Shown: positions 47,974-57,532 of the stretch, in pieces | Numbering within the stretch: position 1 is the first letter of the stretch | Layout: every line of letters begins with the position of its first letter | Source of the DNA: a virus | Taxonomy: Duplodnaviria; Heunggongvirae; Uroviricota; Caudoviricetes | DNA length: 64,000 nt | Strand: one strand, 5' to 3' | Virus record (IMG/VR): IMGVR_UViG_3300027744_000008 | Notes under the pieces: model-generated | What the model was told of the DNA's origin: nothing | The model's database searches: none | What the model saw: the letters and a program-made list of their open reading frames with translations, nothing else | Made by a program: the position numbers and the translations under genes

Positions 47974-48600
47974 ATGGCAATTGCAACACTTTCAAAATTT
48001 ACAGTACCTTTAGCTAGCGATCAGTCAGCTAGCGCACAGGGTATGTTAATGCCAAAATTAAAATATCGCTTCAGAGTGATGTTTGAAAATTTTGGTGTAT
48101 CAACTCCAACAACTGAATTAACTAAGCAAGTTATTTCAGCAGCTCGTCCTAATGTATCGTTCGCACCGCAAAAAATTGAAATTTACAATTCAACAGTTAA
48201 CTATGCTGGTAAATACACATGGGCACCAATTGCTGTTAATCTTCGTGATGATGTCACTGGTGCAGTCAGTAAGTTAGTCGGCGAACAGATGCAGAAACAA
48301 TTTGACTTCTTTGAACAAAGTAGTGCAGCCAGCGGTGCTGACTATAAGTTTACCATGCGTATTGAAATGCTAGACGGCGGCAACGGCGCCAATGCAGTCA
48401 CTGTCTTAGAAACATGGGAATGTTATGGTTGCTTTGTAGTTTCAGCAAACTATCAAAGTATTGCCTATAGTGAGCAGACTCCTGCACAGATTGATCTATC
48501 AATTCAAATGGATAACTGTATACAAACTCCGCAAGGAACAGGTATCGGTTCAGTAGTGGGACGTACAATAAATACGCTGGCCACAGGCGGCGGTATTTAA
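47974..48600 (+). CDS. gp19: Tail tube protein, T4 gp19-like
   Basis: Directly after the sheath gene; PKLKYRFRV, YAGK.TW..I...DD and W..YGC motifs. Confidence 0.85.
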   Translation: MAIATLSKFTVPLASDQSASAQGMLMPKLKYRFRVMFENFGVSTPTTELTKQVISAARPNVSFAPQKIEIYNSTVNYAGKYTWAPIAVNLRDDVTGAVSKLVGEQMQKQFDFFEQSSAASGADYKFTMRIEMLDGGNGANAVTVLETWECYGCFVVSANYQSIAYSEQTPAQIDLSIQMDNCIQTPQGTGIGSVVGRTINTLATGGGI

Positions 48601-48604
48601 TAAT

Positions 48605-48630
48605 AAAAGGACTGGCAACAGTCCTTTTTT
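48605..48630 (+). terminator. Rho-independent terminator (possibly bidirectional), GCAA loop
   Basis: aaaaggactg-GCAA-cagtcctttttt. Confidence 0.9.
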
Positions 48631-48640
48631 ATGGGTTGTT

Positions 48641-48658
48641 ATTAACTACGTAGTTAAT
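48641..48658. promoter_or_regulatory. Perfect 18-bp palindrome upstream of a TAAATA promoter
   Basis: attaactacgtagttaat equals its reverse complement; TAAATA at 48668-48673. Confidence 0.55.
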
Positions 48659-48678
48659 TTGGTTCGATAAATAATTAC

Positions 48679-49743
48679 ATGGCAAACTTATTCGAAGGCT
48701 TTCTAAACAACACACTTTATGGTGCTACACATCCTAAAGGGCAACTAGGCGACTTTCAACATGCTGCCCGGACCTTTACAGATGATACTTTTAGACTAGC
48801 ACCTAAACAAAAATTCTTATTTCATGTTAGTTTTAGCATTAACACTGATGCTCTTAAAAACACTTCACTAGATCAACGACACCGTAATGAAATCAACCTC
48901 ATGGTGAAGAGTGTTGCTCTACCAAATTTTACTATAAAAACAGAAACGGTAAATCAATACAACAGAAAAAAGATTGTACAAACACAAATAGATTATCAAC
49001 CAGTTTCTTTTAAATTCCACGATGATAACATGGGGTTAGTAAATCAATTGTGGCAAAACTATTATGGTTACTACTATGCAGATTCAAGAACAGCAAAATC
49101 AATCCCTGGATCTTATAATAGAACTAGTATGCGTGGACAAGAATTTATTAGAGGACGTTACGGGTTTGACAATGATAGTTCTATTCCGTTCTTTAGAAAA
49201 GTGACAATATATCAAATGGCTAGACATCAATTTGTTAGCTATACTCTAGTTAATCCTATCATTACTTCATGGAACCACGAACAATTAGATTATGCAAATG
49301 GTTCCCCCCACGAAAACAGTATGTCGTTAGGCTACGAAGCAGTGTATTATGGATCGGGTAGAGTTCAACGAGGTAATCCTGAAGGATTTGCTCTAGAACA
49401 TTATGATCTAAGTCCAAGCCCGCTGAGCGTAGCAGGTGGGGGCACGGCAAGTTTGTTTGGAGACGGCGGAGTTATTGCCGGAGCATCAGAAGTGCTCGGT
49501 GATATTTTTAGTGGCGGCGCATTTGAAAATCCTGCTAATTTTATCTCAACTGCAATTAAAACCGTTAACACTTATGAAAATTCTAAGAGATTAACCAATG
49601 CTGGAATTAAACAGGAAGGCAAGAATATAATTACTAAAACTCTTAATTCTGTAGCTACTCAAGGAGTAAGCGGAATCAATGGCGTTGCGTTCCCACAAAC
49701 ACAGGTTAATTCTACAAATACTAAAGCTGTACCTAGATTTTAA
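48679..49743 (+). CDS. Tail-tube-fold baseplate/tube initiator-like protein
   Basis: VKSV.LP......NQYNRK......Y.PV...FHDD and NP.ITS..H..LDY resemble tube-fold proteins (gp19/gp48/gp54 family); follows the tube gene. Confidence 0.55.
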   Translation: MANLFEGFLNNTLYGATHPKGQLGDFQHAARTFTDDTFRLAPKQKFLFHVSFSINTDALKNTSLDQRHRNEINLMVKSVALPNFTIKTETVNQYNRKKIVQTQIDYQPVSFKFHDDNMGLVNQLWQNYYGYYYADSRTAKSIPGSYNRTSMRGQEFIRGRYGFDNDSSIPFFRKVTIYQMARHQFVSYTLVNPIITSWNHEQLDYANGSPHENSMSLGYEAVYYGSGRVQRGNPEGFALEHYDLSPSPLSVAGGGTASLFGDGGVIAGASEVLGDIFSGGAFENPANFISTAIKTVNTYENSKRLTNAGIKQEGKNIITKTLNSVATQGVSGINGVAFPQTQVNSTNTKAVPRF

Positions 49744-49745
49744 TT

Positions 49746-50114
49746 ATGATAAACAATTTACCCCAATCAACTAATAAAGACAGTTCAACGGAAGTCAAAA
49801 GTTTCTTTGATAAATTTTTCCTGCATGAAGTAAGTTTCCCAGCCGCTGAAATTGACGCTATTGTGACGTTCTTTTTAAAAAGAGGATTTGATACAGATGC
49901 TAGCCGTAGTGTTGCTATCATACTATTAAATCAAGCTAGAAATGATAATGTTAATGTTTTTAAATTAATAGATACGCTTAAAGGTCTAACTGATCTACAA
50001 CTAAGCCAAGTAGTTGCAGAAGTTCTTAACAATTATCGAGAAAAAACTAGCGTCATGGGTTATAAAATTGCCCCCATTGACGATACCTTTGAAAGTCGTA
50101 ATATTCTAGTATGA
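49746..50114 (+). CDS. Hypothetical protein
   Basis: 122-aa ORF tightly packed in the operon, with ATGA coupling to the next gene. Confidence 0.7.
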   Translation: MINNLPQSTNKDSSTEVKSFFDKFFLHEVSFPAAEIDAIVTFFLKRGFDTDASRSVAIILLNQARNDNVNVFKLIDTLKGLTDLQLSQVVAEVLNNYREKTSVMGYKIAPIDDTFESRNILV

Positions 50115-50545
50115 GTCGTTTTGCTCAGGGTAAATTTGTTCCTAAGAATCCACAAAAGTACATAGGATTAAAAACTCCCACATATAGAAGTAGTTGGGAA
50201 TGGCAGTTTATGCAGTTCTGTGATACAAATGCAGCCATACATCAATGGGCATGTGAAGCAATAAGAATTCCCTATAGAAATCCTCTGACTAACAAAAATT
50301 CTATATATGTTCCTGATTTTTTTATACAATACGTTGATGCTAAAAGTCGAACAAATGTAGAACTAATTGAAATTAAACCGCAAAATCAAGCATTTTTAGA
50401 AGATGTAGGTAAGAGTAAAGTACGACAAGCACAGTATATTCAAAATCAAGCTAAATGGGCCGCTGCTAATGCATGGTGCCGACAGCAAGGCATAAAATTT
50501 AGAATTATCACTGAAAATGACCTGTTTCACAACGGCTCAAGATAA
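50111..50545 (+). CDS. gp4: Head completion nuclease, T4 gp4-like (TnsA N-terminal fold)
   Basis: P.NP.KY.G...YRSSWE..FM..CD, Y.PDF, IEIKP, NQAKW.AA and F.IITE motifs. Confidence 0.9.
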   Translation: MSRFAQGKFVPKNPQKYIGLKTPTYRSSWEWQFMQFCDTNAAIHQWACEAIRIPYRNPLTNKNSIYVPDFFIQYVDAKSRTNVELIEIKPQNQAFLEDVGKSKVRQAQYIQNQAKWAAANAWCRQQGIKFRIITENDLFHNGSR

Positions 50546-50552
50546 GTAAAGT

Positions 50553-51038
50553 ATGACTAAAAAACTTGAGGAGATTTTAAATCTTCCAGAAAATAAAAAA
50601 CTTATTAAAGCTGAGGAAAAGCGAAAAGATGATCTTCCTCAAGCACAGCCATTCCTTAGAGACATTGAAGAATTTGATAAAATTTCACAATCACTACCTC
50701 AGGTCAAAGGACTAGGCGATGCCAGCGATGCAGAGTTTGATTCATTGGCGCAACGTGCTACAGATGCCTACGACGACCTAATGGATTTAGGCATGAATGT
50801 AGAAGCACGGTACAGTGGCCGTATCTTTGAAGTAGCAGGCGGCATGCTTAAAAATGCCATTGACGCAAAGGCTGCAAAGATTGATAAAAAACTTAAAATG
50901 ATTGAGCTTCAACTTAAAAAACAAAAGTTAGATCAAGATGCTCAGGGCGGCGAAGGCGGCCTTACTATTCCAGGCGACGGTTATATTGTTACAGATCGCA
51001 ATAGTCTACTGGAAAAACTAAAAAATATGAATAAATAA
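50553..51038 (+). CDS. Probable terminase small subunit, gp16-like
   Basis: Helical R.FEVAG.M.K...D...K segment resembles the T4-like gp16 core; lies upstream of the large terminase. Confidence 0.55.
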   Translation: MTKKLEEILNLPENKKLIKAEEKRKDDLPQAQPFLRDIEEFDKISQSLPQVKGLGDASDAEFDSLAQRATDAYDDLMDLGMNVEARYSGRIFEVAGGMLKNAIDAKAAKIDKKLKMIELQLKKQKLDQDAQGGEGGLTIPGDGYIVTDRNSLLEKLKNMNK

Positions 51039-51055
51039 TGTATACGGAATCTATT

Positions 51056-51673
51056 ATGACCTCATTTAAAGAATACCTAGCAGAAAGCAAAAAAACTTAC
51101 TCGTTTAGAGTTAAAGTTGCCGGCGAGATAGAAAAAAATCTTGCATCTCGTGTCAAAGAAGCATTGGCAAAATACGACTGCGGAAAAGTAAGCGCAGCCA
51201 AAAGAACACCTATCCAAGAAACTCATATAGATTTTCCGGAACTTAAGAACATAGAAGTTAACACATTTGAACTCGAATTAAACTATCCAACAACTAGTTT
51301 TGTTCTAAAAAATGAGTTATCTGAAAAATTAAATATCCCCCAAGCATTAATTAAAGTTCGTAATCCAATAGAAGAAGCGGAAGCGGAAATGAATCATGCC
51401 CACATGCTTGCACCGGGGAACGGTGAATCGTTATTGGAAAAAGATTACGAAAAAAATGCTGATGGTCAAAAGCTAGTTGGACAAGATCACGTTACTAGTT
51501 TCTTAAAAGAACTTAATAAAATTAATGCAGATCGTAAAGCGAGTATAACAAAAACAGCATCAACAGAAAAAGTTGAATCAACTACTGTAGAATTTGAAAC
51601 TCCTAAAGAAGGTCGTAAAGGTCCATTAGGCGGCATTAAAAACATTGATCCACAAAAAGGAAAAACAAAATGA
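51056..51673 (+). CDS. Hypothetical protein, putative internal head protein
   Basis: Start MTSFKEYLAES resembles the F.EYL.E capsid-targeting N-termini of T4 internal proteins; TAAATA at 51032; alternative start at 51038. Confidence 0.55.
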   Translation: MTSFKEYLAESKKTYSFRVKVAGEIEKNLASRVKEALAKYDCGKVSAAKRTPIQETHIDFPELKNIEVNTFELELNYPTTSFVLKNELSEKLNIPQALIKVRNPIEEAEAEMNHAHMLAPGNGESLLEKDYEKNADGQKLVGQDHVTSFLKELNKINADRKASITKTASTEKVESTTVEFETPKEGRKGPLGGIKNIDPQKGKTK

Positions 51674-52530
51674 ATTTTAGAGACTTATATCAAAAAATTA
51701 AATCTATCGAAGAAGCCGGTCCGGCAATGATGGATCCCAATGCAATAATGCAACAACAAATGGGCGCAATGCAAGCTAAGATGCCTAATTTAGATCCTGC
51801 CACTATGATGAAGAATCAACAGGCAAGAATGGCACAGATGAAGGCCAAGCAACCTGTCTCTTCACAAGGTACATGGACGCAGCAAGGTGTTCCTGCAGGC
51901 CAACCGGCTGCACCAACAGCACCAACTATGCCAGTGCCGCCAACACCGCCACAAGCCACAGCAACAACTACAGGCGGTACTGCTACAACAAGAACATCCA
52001 CCGCACCAGCAGCAGCACCAACTCAAGATGTAGATTGGGAAGAATCAATCGATAACACTCCAGAAAAGCCTGTAGAAGAATGTGGGCCAATGGGGCCAAG
52101 TGGTATGATGGGTATGCGAGATCAACAGCAAGACAGTGTCAACATGAATCTTAGCATGAATGGCCAAGGCGTTGGTGGTATTAGAGATTTAATGTCAATC
52201 TTAAAGAACATTGAAACTGGCGGCAGCGCCGACCGTGTGCAACCTGATAATCTTGAACTAGATATTAAGAGCATGCCTCATCCACACGAAAAACCAGACC
52301 ATAGCGAGCACGATGGCCTTGTGTTTGGCAACGACATGGAAGAAGAATACGCTAATCAACCTGATGAAATGTACTCAACTATTGACGATATTACAAATAT
52401 TGGATCAAATGCTGGTCGTGGCGATAACGAGCGTCCAAAAGTTAATGGAGGTGGTAACCCTTATACCGCTACTTCAGAAGGTATTAAACGACAATTACAA
52501 AATCTATATCAAGAAGTTAAGAGTAGATAA
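51670..52530 (+). CDS. Low-complexity (M/Q/P/T) hypothetical protein, putative internal head protein
   Basis: ATGA coupled; disordered composition with amphipathic N- and C-terminal helices. Confidence 0.6.
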   Translation: MNFRDLYQKIKSIEEAGPAMMDPNAIMQQQMGAMQAKMPNLDPATMMKNQQARMAQMKAKQPVSSQGTWTQQGVPAGQPAAPTAPTMPVPPTPPQATATTTGGTATTRTSTAPAAAPTQDVDWEESIDNTPEKPVEECGPMGPSGMMGMRDQQQDSVNMNLSMNGQGVGGIRDLMSILKNIETGGSADRVQPDNLELDIKSMPHPHEKPDHSEHDGLVFGNDMEEEYANQPDEMYSTIDDITNIGSNAGRGDNERPKVNGGGNPYTATSEGIKRQLQNLYQEVKSR

Positions 52531-52548
52531 ACTGACTTTAAGTCGCTC

Positions 52549-52577
52549 AAATGGGCTCTTCGGAGCCCATTTTTTTT
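52549..52577 (+). terminator. Rho-independent terminator with C(UUCG)G tetraloop
   Basis: aaatgggctc-TTCG-gagcccattttttt. Confidence 0.9.
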
Positions 52578-52590
52578 AGTAAATAAGCAT

Positions 52591-54183
52591 ATGGGAAAAA
52601 GCCTCGACGGCGTCTTAATTAAAAAGGCGCACAAGCAAGAACGATTCACTGAACAACAGGTTCAAGAAATGCTCGCCTGTGCAGATCCTGTCACGGGTTA
52701 CGATTATTTTGTTAAAAATTTCTTTTATATACAACATCCTGTAAAAGGAAAATTATTATTTGAACCGTATGGATATCAAGAACGACTGCTACACAGCTAT
52801 CACGATAATAGATTTAACATTAACATGCTGCCTCGACAAAGCGGTAAGACAACCTGTGCCGCTGGATATTTACTATGGTTTGCAATGTTTCGTCCAGATC
52901 AAACAATCCTAGTGGCCGCGCACAAGTATACAGGCGCCCAAGAAATTATGCAGCGTATTCGATATGCCTATGAAGATTGTCCTGATCATATCCGTGCAGG
53001 TGCAACAAACTACAATAAAGGTAGTATAGAATTTGACAACGGAAGTCGTATAGTAAGCGCAACGACCACGGGTAACACAGGGCGTGGTATGAGTATATCT
53101 TTACTATATTGTGACGAGTTTGCCTTTGTGCAACCCAACATTGCTACAGAGTTTTGGACTTCTATCTCCCCTACACTGGCTACTGGTGGTCGAGCAATTA
53201 TTACATCAACACCCAACAGTGACGAAGATGAATTTGCAACTATCTGGAAAGAAGCCAATAAGAAATTTGACGAATTTGGTAACGAAACTGCGTTAGGTAT
53301 TAACGGATTCTTTTCTTATACAGCCCACTGGAATGAACATCCTGATAGAGATGATGCGTGGGCAGCAATTGAAAAAGGACGTATTGGAGAAGAACGTTTC
53401 CGTCGTGAGTACGGTTGTGAATTCTTAATCTATGACGAAACTTTGATCAACAGTATTAAACTTAGCGAACTAGAAGGAAAAGAACCTGTTAGTCGAATGG
53501 GGCAAACTAGAATATATAAAAAACCAAAAGCAGGCAACATATATGTTGTTAGTCTTGACCCTAGTCTGGGTACCGGTGGAAATTATTCTGCTATCGAGGT
53601 AATAGAATTGCCTAGCTTTGAACAAGTTGCCGAGTGGCATCATAACGAAACTCCTATACAAGGACAAGTACGAATACTTCGAGATATTTTAAAATGGATT
53701 GAAGACAATGTAGGTTCGGATAGTGCCGGGGATATATATTGGTCAATAGAAAACAATAATATAGGAGAAGCTGGACTAGTTGTAATTAAAGACATAGGCG
53801 AAGATCAGTTTCCGGGACTGTTTGTATCAGAACCAATGCGTAAAGGTCATATACGTAAGTTTAGAAAAGGTTTTAATACTACTCACGGTAGTAAAATTGC
53901 TGTGTGTGCTAGATTAAAGCATTTAATTGAATCTAATACACTTAAAATAAACAGCAAACCGTTGATAGTTGAACTTAAAGCATTTATAGCACAAGGCGTA
54001 AGTTTTAAAGCAAAATCTGGAGAATACGACGATTTAGTATCGGCGTTGTTGCTGGCAATACGGATGAGTCAGGTATTAGCAGATTGGGATCCTAGAGTAT
54101 TTGAAACATTAAGCAGCAGAGGAGAGTTTGGCGATGAAGACTTTGAGCCGCCAATGCCAATATTTGTTTCTTCGGGCATGTGA
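52591..54183 (+). CDS. gp17: Terminase large subunit, T4 gp17-like
   Basis: Walker A PRQSGKTT, Walker B LLYCDEFAF, ITSTPN motif, F.REY.CEF, nuclease acidic residues (LDPSLG, IENN, DDLV). Confidence 0.97.
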   Translation: MGKSLDGVLIKKAHKQERFTEQQVQEMLACADPVTGYDYFVKNFFYIQHPVKGKLLFEPYGYQERLLHSYHDNRFNINMLPRQSGKTTCAAGYLLWFAMFRPDQTILVAAHKYTGAQEIMQRIRYAYEDCPDHIRAGATNYNKGSIEFDNGSRIVSATTTGNTGRGMSISLLYCDEFAFVQPNIATEFWTSISPTLATGGRAIITSTPNSDEDEFATIWKEANKKFDEFGNETALGINGFFSYTAHWNEHPDRDDAWAAIEKGRIGEERFRREYGCEFLIYDETLINSIKLSELEGKEPVSRMGQTRIYKKPKAGNIYVVSLDPSLGTGGNYSAIEVIELPSFEQVAEWHHNETPIQGQVRILRDILKWIEDNVGSDSAGDIYWSIENNNIGEAGLVVIKDIGEDQFPGLFVSEPMRKGHIRKFRKGFNTTHGSKIAVCARLKHLIESNTLKINSKPLIVELKAFIAQGVSFKAKSGEYDDLVSALLLAIRMSQVLADWDPRVFETLSSRGEFGDEDFEPPMPIFVSSGM

Positions 54184-54194
54184 TAAATAGTACT

Positions 54195-57100
54195 ATGAAT
54201 GCAAATCTAAATAATATCGCCGAAGAACTGTTTGGAAAAATACGTACAAGATTTCCTAAGATTGACTTAGGAGATGAACAAGGTAAAGTTATTGACAACG
54301 AAGATCAGCTTAAAAACGCAAGATTTTTTGATTTTGACTACGTTAAAGAAGGTGTGAGTTTAGGATCAGTTTCTATTAAGTTGTCAGAAGAGAAGGGATT
54401 GACAGTTATGTACAGTAATGACATAGCAGAAGGTCAATCACAAAATATTGTTAATGAATGGTACGGATTCTTAAAATCATTAAGAGAATTTGCAAGAAGA
54501 AGACTGTTAAATTTTAGTACTAGAAATCTTGTTAAATCTAATTTAGATAAACGAGATTATAATTTTTTATCCAAAACTGGCGGAGACGGGCAAATGACAG
54601 AAAGTAAAATGCGAGGAACTAATAGAACTAGTTTCCAAGATATAGGCGAAGCAAAAATTATTGTCAAACATTCACAGAATGTAAACTATGATAATCCAGC
54701 TGGAAGAACACTACACATTGAAAGTATTTTTATTGAAAATGCTAACGGTGAGCGATTCTTATATCCTTTTAAACATCTAAATGGTGCTAGAGCATTGGCA
54801 CAACACGTTGCTCATGGCGGTAATCCGTATGATGCTATCGGCGAACATGTCATTGGCCTTTCAGAGGAATTATCAAAATTACGATTCTTTAAAGGTTATG
54901 TTGGACGCCAAGATCAAATTTCAGAAGCAATGAGTTCAGTTACTGGTAAAGTTATCGAACGCATTGAACAAGTTAAAAAAGAAATTCATCAATTACAAAG
55001 CGCCACACATTATAATTCATTTGTAGAATCATTTGCTCAATCTGAAGCACAACAAATCCCAGAAGATTTAGTTAATGATTGGGTTGACAAATTAACTATT
55101 CGTAATTTTAACGAAGCATTGAAAGATGTTTTCCCCTACATTTATAAATTAGTTGGTGAAAATTCTAACGTTACAGAATTAACACCTGATGATTTACTAG
55201 GTGAAGAATCAGAAGAAAAATGTGATGACTGTCGTAAACCAGTCGACGATTGTGAATGTGATGATCACGACCACAACAAAGATATTAAAGAATTTTCAGA
55301 CTTTGAATACGCATTAGAAGATATTATTTCCGAAGATGAAGGTATTACTAGCAGTGATGATGAAGTAAAATCAGCAGCATTAGAAAAATTAAATCAATTC
55401 TTATCAACAAATCCTACAGCAGGAACCGACGGTACTAATGCTACTATGAGTTTAAAAGACATTATTAAAGATGCTAAATTCATTAGTGTGCTTAAGAGTC
55501 TTCCAGGAGAAACAGAATTAGCTCCGGTTATTAAAGGTTATCTAGAAACAGAACACCCCGAACTAGTTGATCAAGTAACATTCCCTGAAGCAGGAGCAAC
55601 ACCAGTTGCACCAGCACCAGTAGCGGCAGAGCCAGTAGCGGCAGAAACACCACCCGCAGCACCAGCTGCACCAGAACAAGGAGCAGCAATGCCATTAGAA
55701 CAACCAGTAGCAGCAGAAAGTAGTGATGACGCACCATTTGACGGCGGCCGTCCAATAAAAGATAAAAAAGATCAATTTGGTAACGTTGTTAAAAAACGTG
55801 CCCAACATTCAGCCAAGCAGGGACTTGCCGCAGCCATTGAAAAGGCACGTAAAGCAGGAATGAAAAGTGAAGACATTATCGAAGTCGGAGGACAAAAAAT
55901 GTCATTAAGTGAACTTGCAGAACGTGCCGGCATTGAGCTAACACCACATCCAAAAGAGATTGTGGAGTTTATCAAATCATTCTATGACAGAGAGCATGGA
56001 ACATTTCCTAAAGGTGAGACAGGTGTATTAATTGCCACAGAAAAGAAATTTGGTGACAGTGCTACACCGATTGCACATCGTGTTATTGAAACACTATCAC
56101 AGATTAGTGAAACACACCGTATGAGAAAATTAGCCGGCCTGAGACCAGATAATATGGCATTTGAAAGTGTTACATACGAATCATTGATGTTAGAAGCACC
56201 AGATCCGGCTGTAATGCAACTACAACAACAATTGATTGCCAAGGGTGCAAAGATTAAAGCCGACGGTATTATGGGACCAGCTACGCAGGCTGCTCAGGCA
56301 CAATTTGGTATTAGTCCAGCAGCACAGGCCGTAGGTACAACACCAGCTAAAGGTAATAAACCAGATGGCACACCTGGCCAAAGACCTACTATGCCAAGAG
56401 ATCCACGCCTGTTAACAAACATCGATGGCGGTGCCGGAGCAATTGCCCTTGCACAAGCCAGTGCTGCTAGAAATCAGAAAAAACCAGCAGGCTCAGCAGC
56501 TCAACCAACGCCGGCAGCTCCGGCAGCTCCAGCAGCACCAGTTGCACCAATCAGCGGTGGCGGTACTCCAATGAATGCCGCAGATCTAGCAAAAGCACAA
56601 GGTAAAGAACCGGCACCGGCTGCAGAACCAGCAGCAGATCCAAATGCACCGGAACAAGCAACTATGGCAGATGGTCCAGCAGGTAGCCAAGCTCAAACAG
56701 CAGGCGGCTCGAATGAATTAGCCAAGGCCGGCATAATGGGTGGTAAACCAGCAGCAGCACCAGCAGCAGATCCAACCGCAGCAGTTAATCCAATGGCTGG
56801 TTTTAAAAACAGTGGCGGTAATGGAGGCGGAGCTGGTCCATCATATGCAGGCCAAGGCGGCAATCAAACTACAGCCGCACCAGCGCCGGCAGCAGATCCA
56901 ACCGCAGCAGTTAATCCAATGGCTGGTTTTAAAAACAGTGGCGGTAATGGAGGCGGAGCTGGTCCATCATATGCAGGCCAAGGCGGCAATCAAACTACAC
57001 CAGCAGCGGCACCCGCTGGACAAGCAGCGCAACCGGCTCCATTATCTACAGTACAACCCGCAGTTACAAGTCCTGTATCAGGTCAACAATGGAAAACAGG

Positions 57101-57497
57101 TGATGGTAGCACACTTAAATCAAGGTCTGATCTTGAAATTGCCTGGTCAAACCAGCCTGGCAACAGAGGTAAAACATATCCAGGAGATGCTGCGGCACAA
57201 CAACAGGTTAGTGCAGATGATGCTAATCGCCAAACGAATTTAAACGCTCTTAAAGGCCTATTTGGCGGAAATAAACCACCTGCTGGACAAGCAGCTCAAC
57301 CAGCACCAGGTGCTGCGGCGGATGGTGGCCCTGCACCTACTCCTGCACAGTTAAAGTGGCTCGGTGGCGCTGACCCAACTGATAAATTTATTCTTGCTAG
57401 AATGAGAAAGGCTGTACCAAATGCTCCAGCGGCTGAATCGGTTAGCTTTAAGAATGATGAATTGAGCAGAATTATTAATCTAGTACATCATAGATAA
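54195..57497 (+). CDS. Large hypothetical virion protein with peptidoglycan-binding-like motif and P/A/G-rich disordered regions
   Basis: V.QLQ..L...G..I.ADGIMGPAT.AA fits a PG_binding_1-type motif; TAAATA-N5-ATG supports a start at 54195. Confidence 0.7.
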   Translation: MNANLNNIAEELFGKIRTRFPKIDLGDEQGKVIDNEDQLKNARFFDFDYVKEGVSLGSVSIKLSEEKGLTVMYSNDIAEGQSQNIVNEWYGFLKSLREFARRRLLNFSTRNLVKSNLDKRDYNFLSKTGGDGQMTESKMRGTNRTSFQDIGEAKIIVKHSQNVNYDNPAGRTLHIESIFIENANGERFLYPFKHLNGARALAQHVAHGGNPYDAIGEHVIGLSEELSKLRFFKGYVGRQDQISEAMSSVTGKVIERIEQVKKEIHQLQSATHYNSFVESFAQSEAQQIPEDLVNDWVDKLTIRNFNEALKDVFPYIYKLVGENSNVTELTPDDLLGEESEEKCDDCRKPVDDCECDDHDHNKDIKEFSDFEYALEDIISEDEGITSSDDEVKSAALEKLNQFLSTNPTAGTDGTNATMSLKDIIKDAKFISVLKSLPGETELAPVIKGYLETEHPELVDQVTFPEAGATPVAPAPVAAEPVAAETPPAAPAAPEQGAAMPLEQPVAAESSDDAPFDGGRPIKDKKDQFGNVVKKRAQHSAKQGLAAAIEKARKAGMKSEDIIEVGGQKMSLSELAERAGIELTPHPKEIVEFIKSFYDREHGTFPKGETGVLIATEKKFGDSATPIAHRVIETLSQISETHRMRKLAGLRPDNMAFESVTYESLMLEAPDPAVMQLQQQLIAKGAKIKADGIMGPATQAAQAQFGISPAAQAVGTTPAKGNKPDGTPGQRPTMPRDPRLLTNIDGGAGAIALAQASAARNQKKPAGSAAQPTPAAPAAPAAPVAPISGGGTPMNAADLAKAQGKEPAPAAEPAADPNAPEQATMADGPAGSQAQTAGGSNELAKAGIMGGKPAAAPAADPTAAVNPMAGFKNSGGNGGGAGPSYAGQGGNQTTAAPAPAADPTAAVNPMAGFKNSGGNGGGAGPSYAGQGGNQTTPAAAPAGQAAQPAPLSTVQPAVTSPVSGQQWKTGDGSTLKSRSDLEIAWSNQPGNRGKTYPGDAAAQQQVSADDANRQTNLNALKGLFGGNKPPAGQAAQPAPGAAADGGPAPTPAQLKWLGGADPTDKFILARMRKAVPNAPAAESVSFKNDELSRIINLVHHR
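56763..56999 (+). repeat. Perfect 111-bp direct repeat, 126-bp (42-aa) period
   Basis: 56763-56873 is identical to 56889-56999 (AADPTAAVNPMAGFKNSGGNGGGAGPSYAGQGGNQT). Confidence 0.95.
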
Positions 57498-57532
57498 TTG
57501 GTGAAATAACTCAGTTTTAAGCAAGATATCTC

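Noticed and set aside
56740-57243. Alternative-frame 167-aa Gln-rich ORF inside the large protein
   Set aside because: A by-product of GCA/CCA-rich low-complexity codons and the 126-bp repeat; no RBS.
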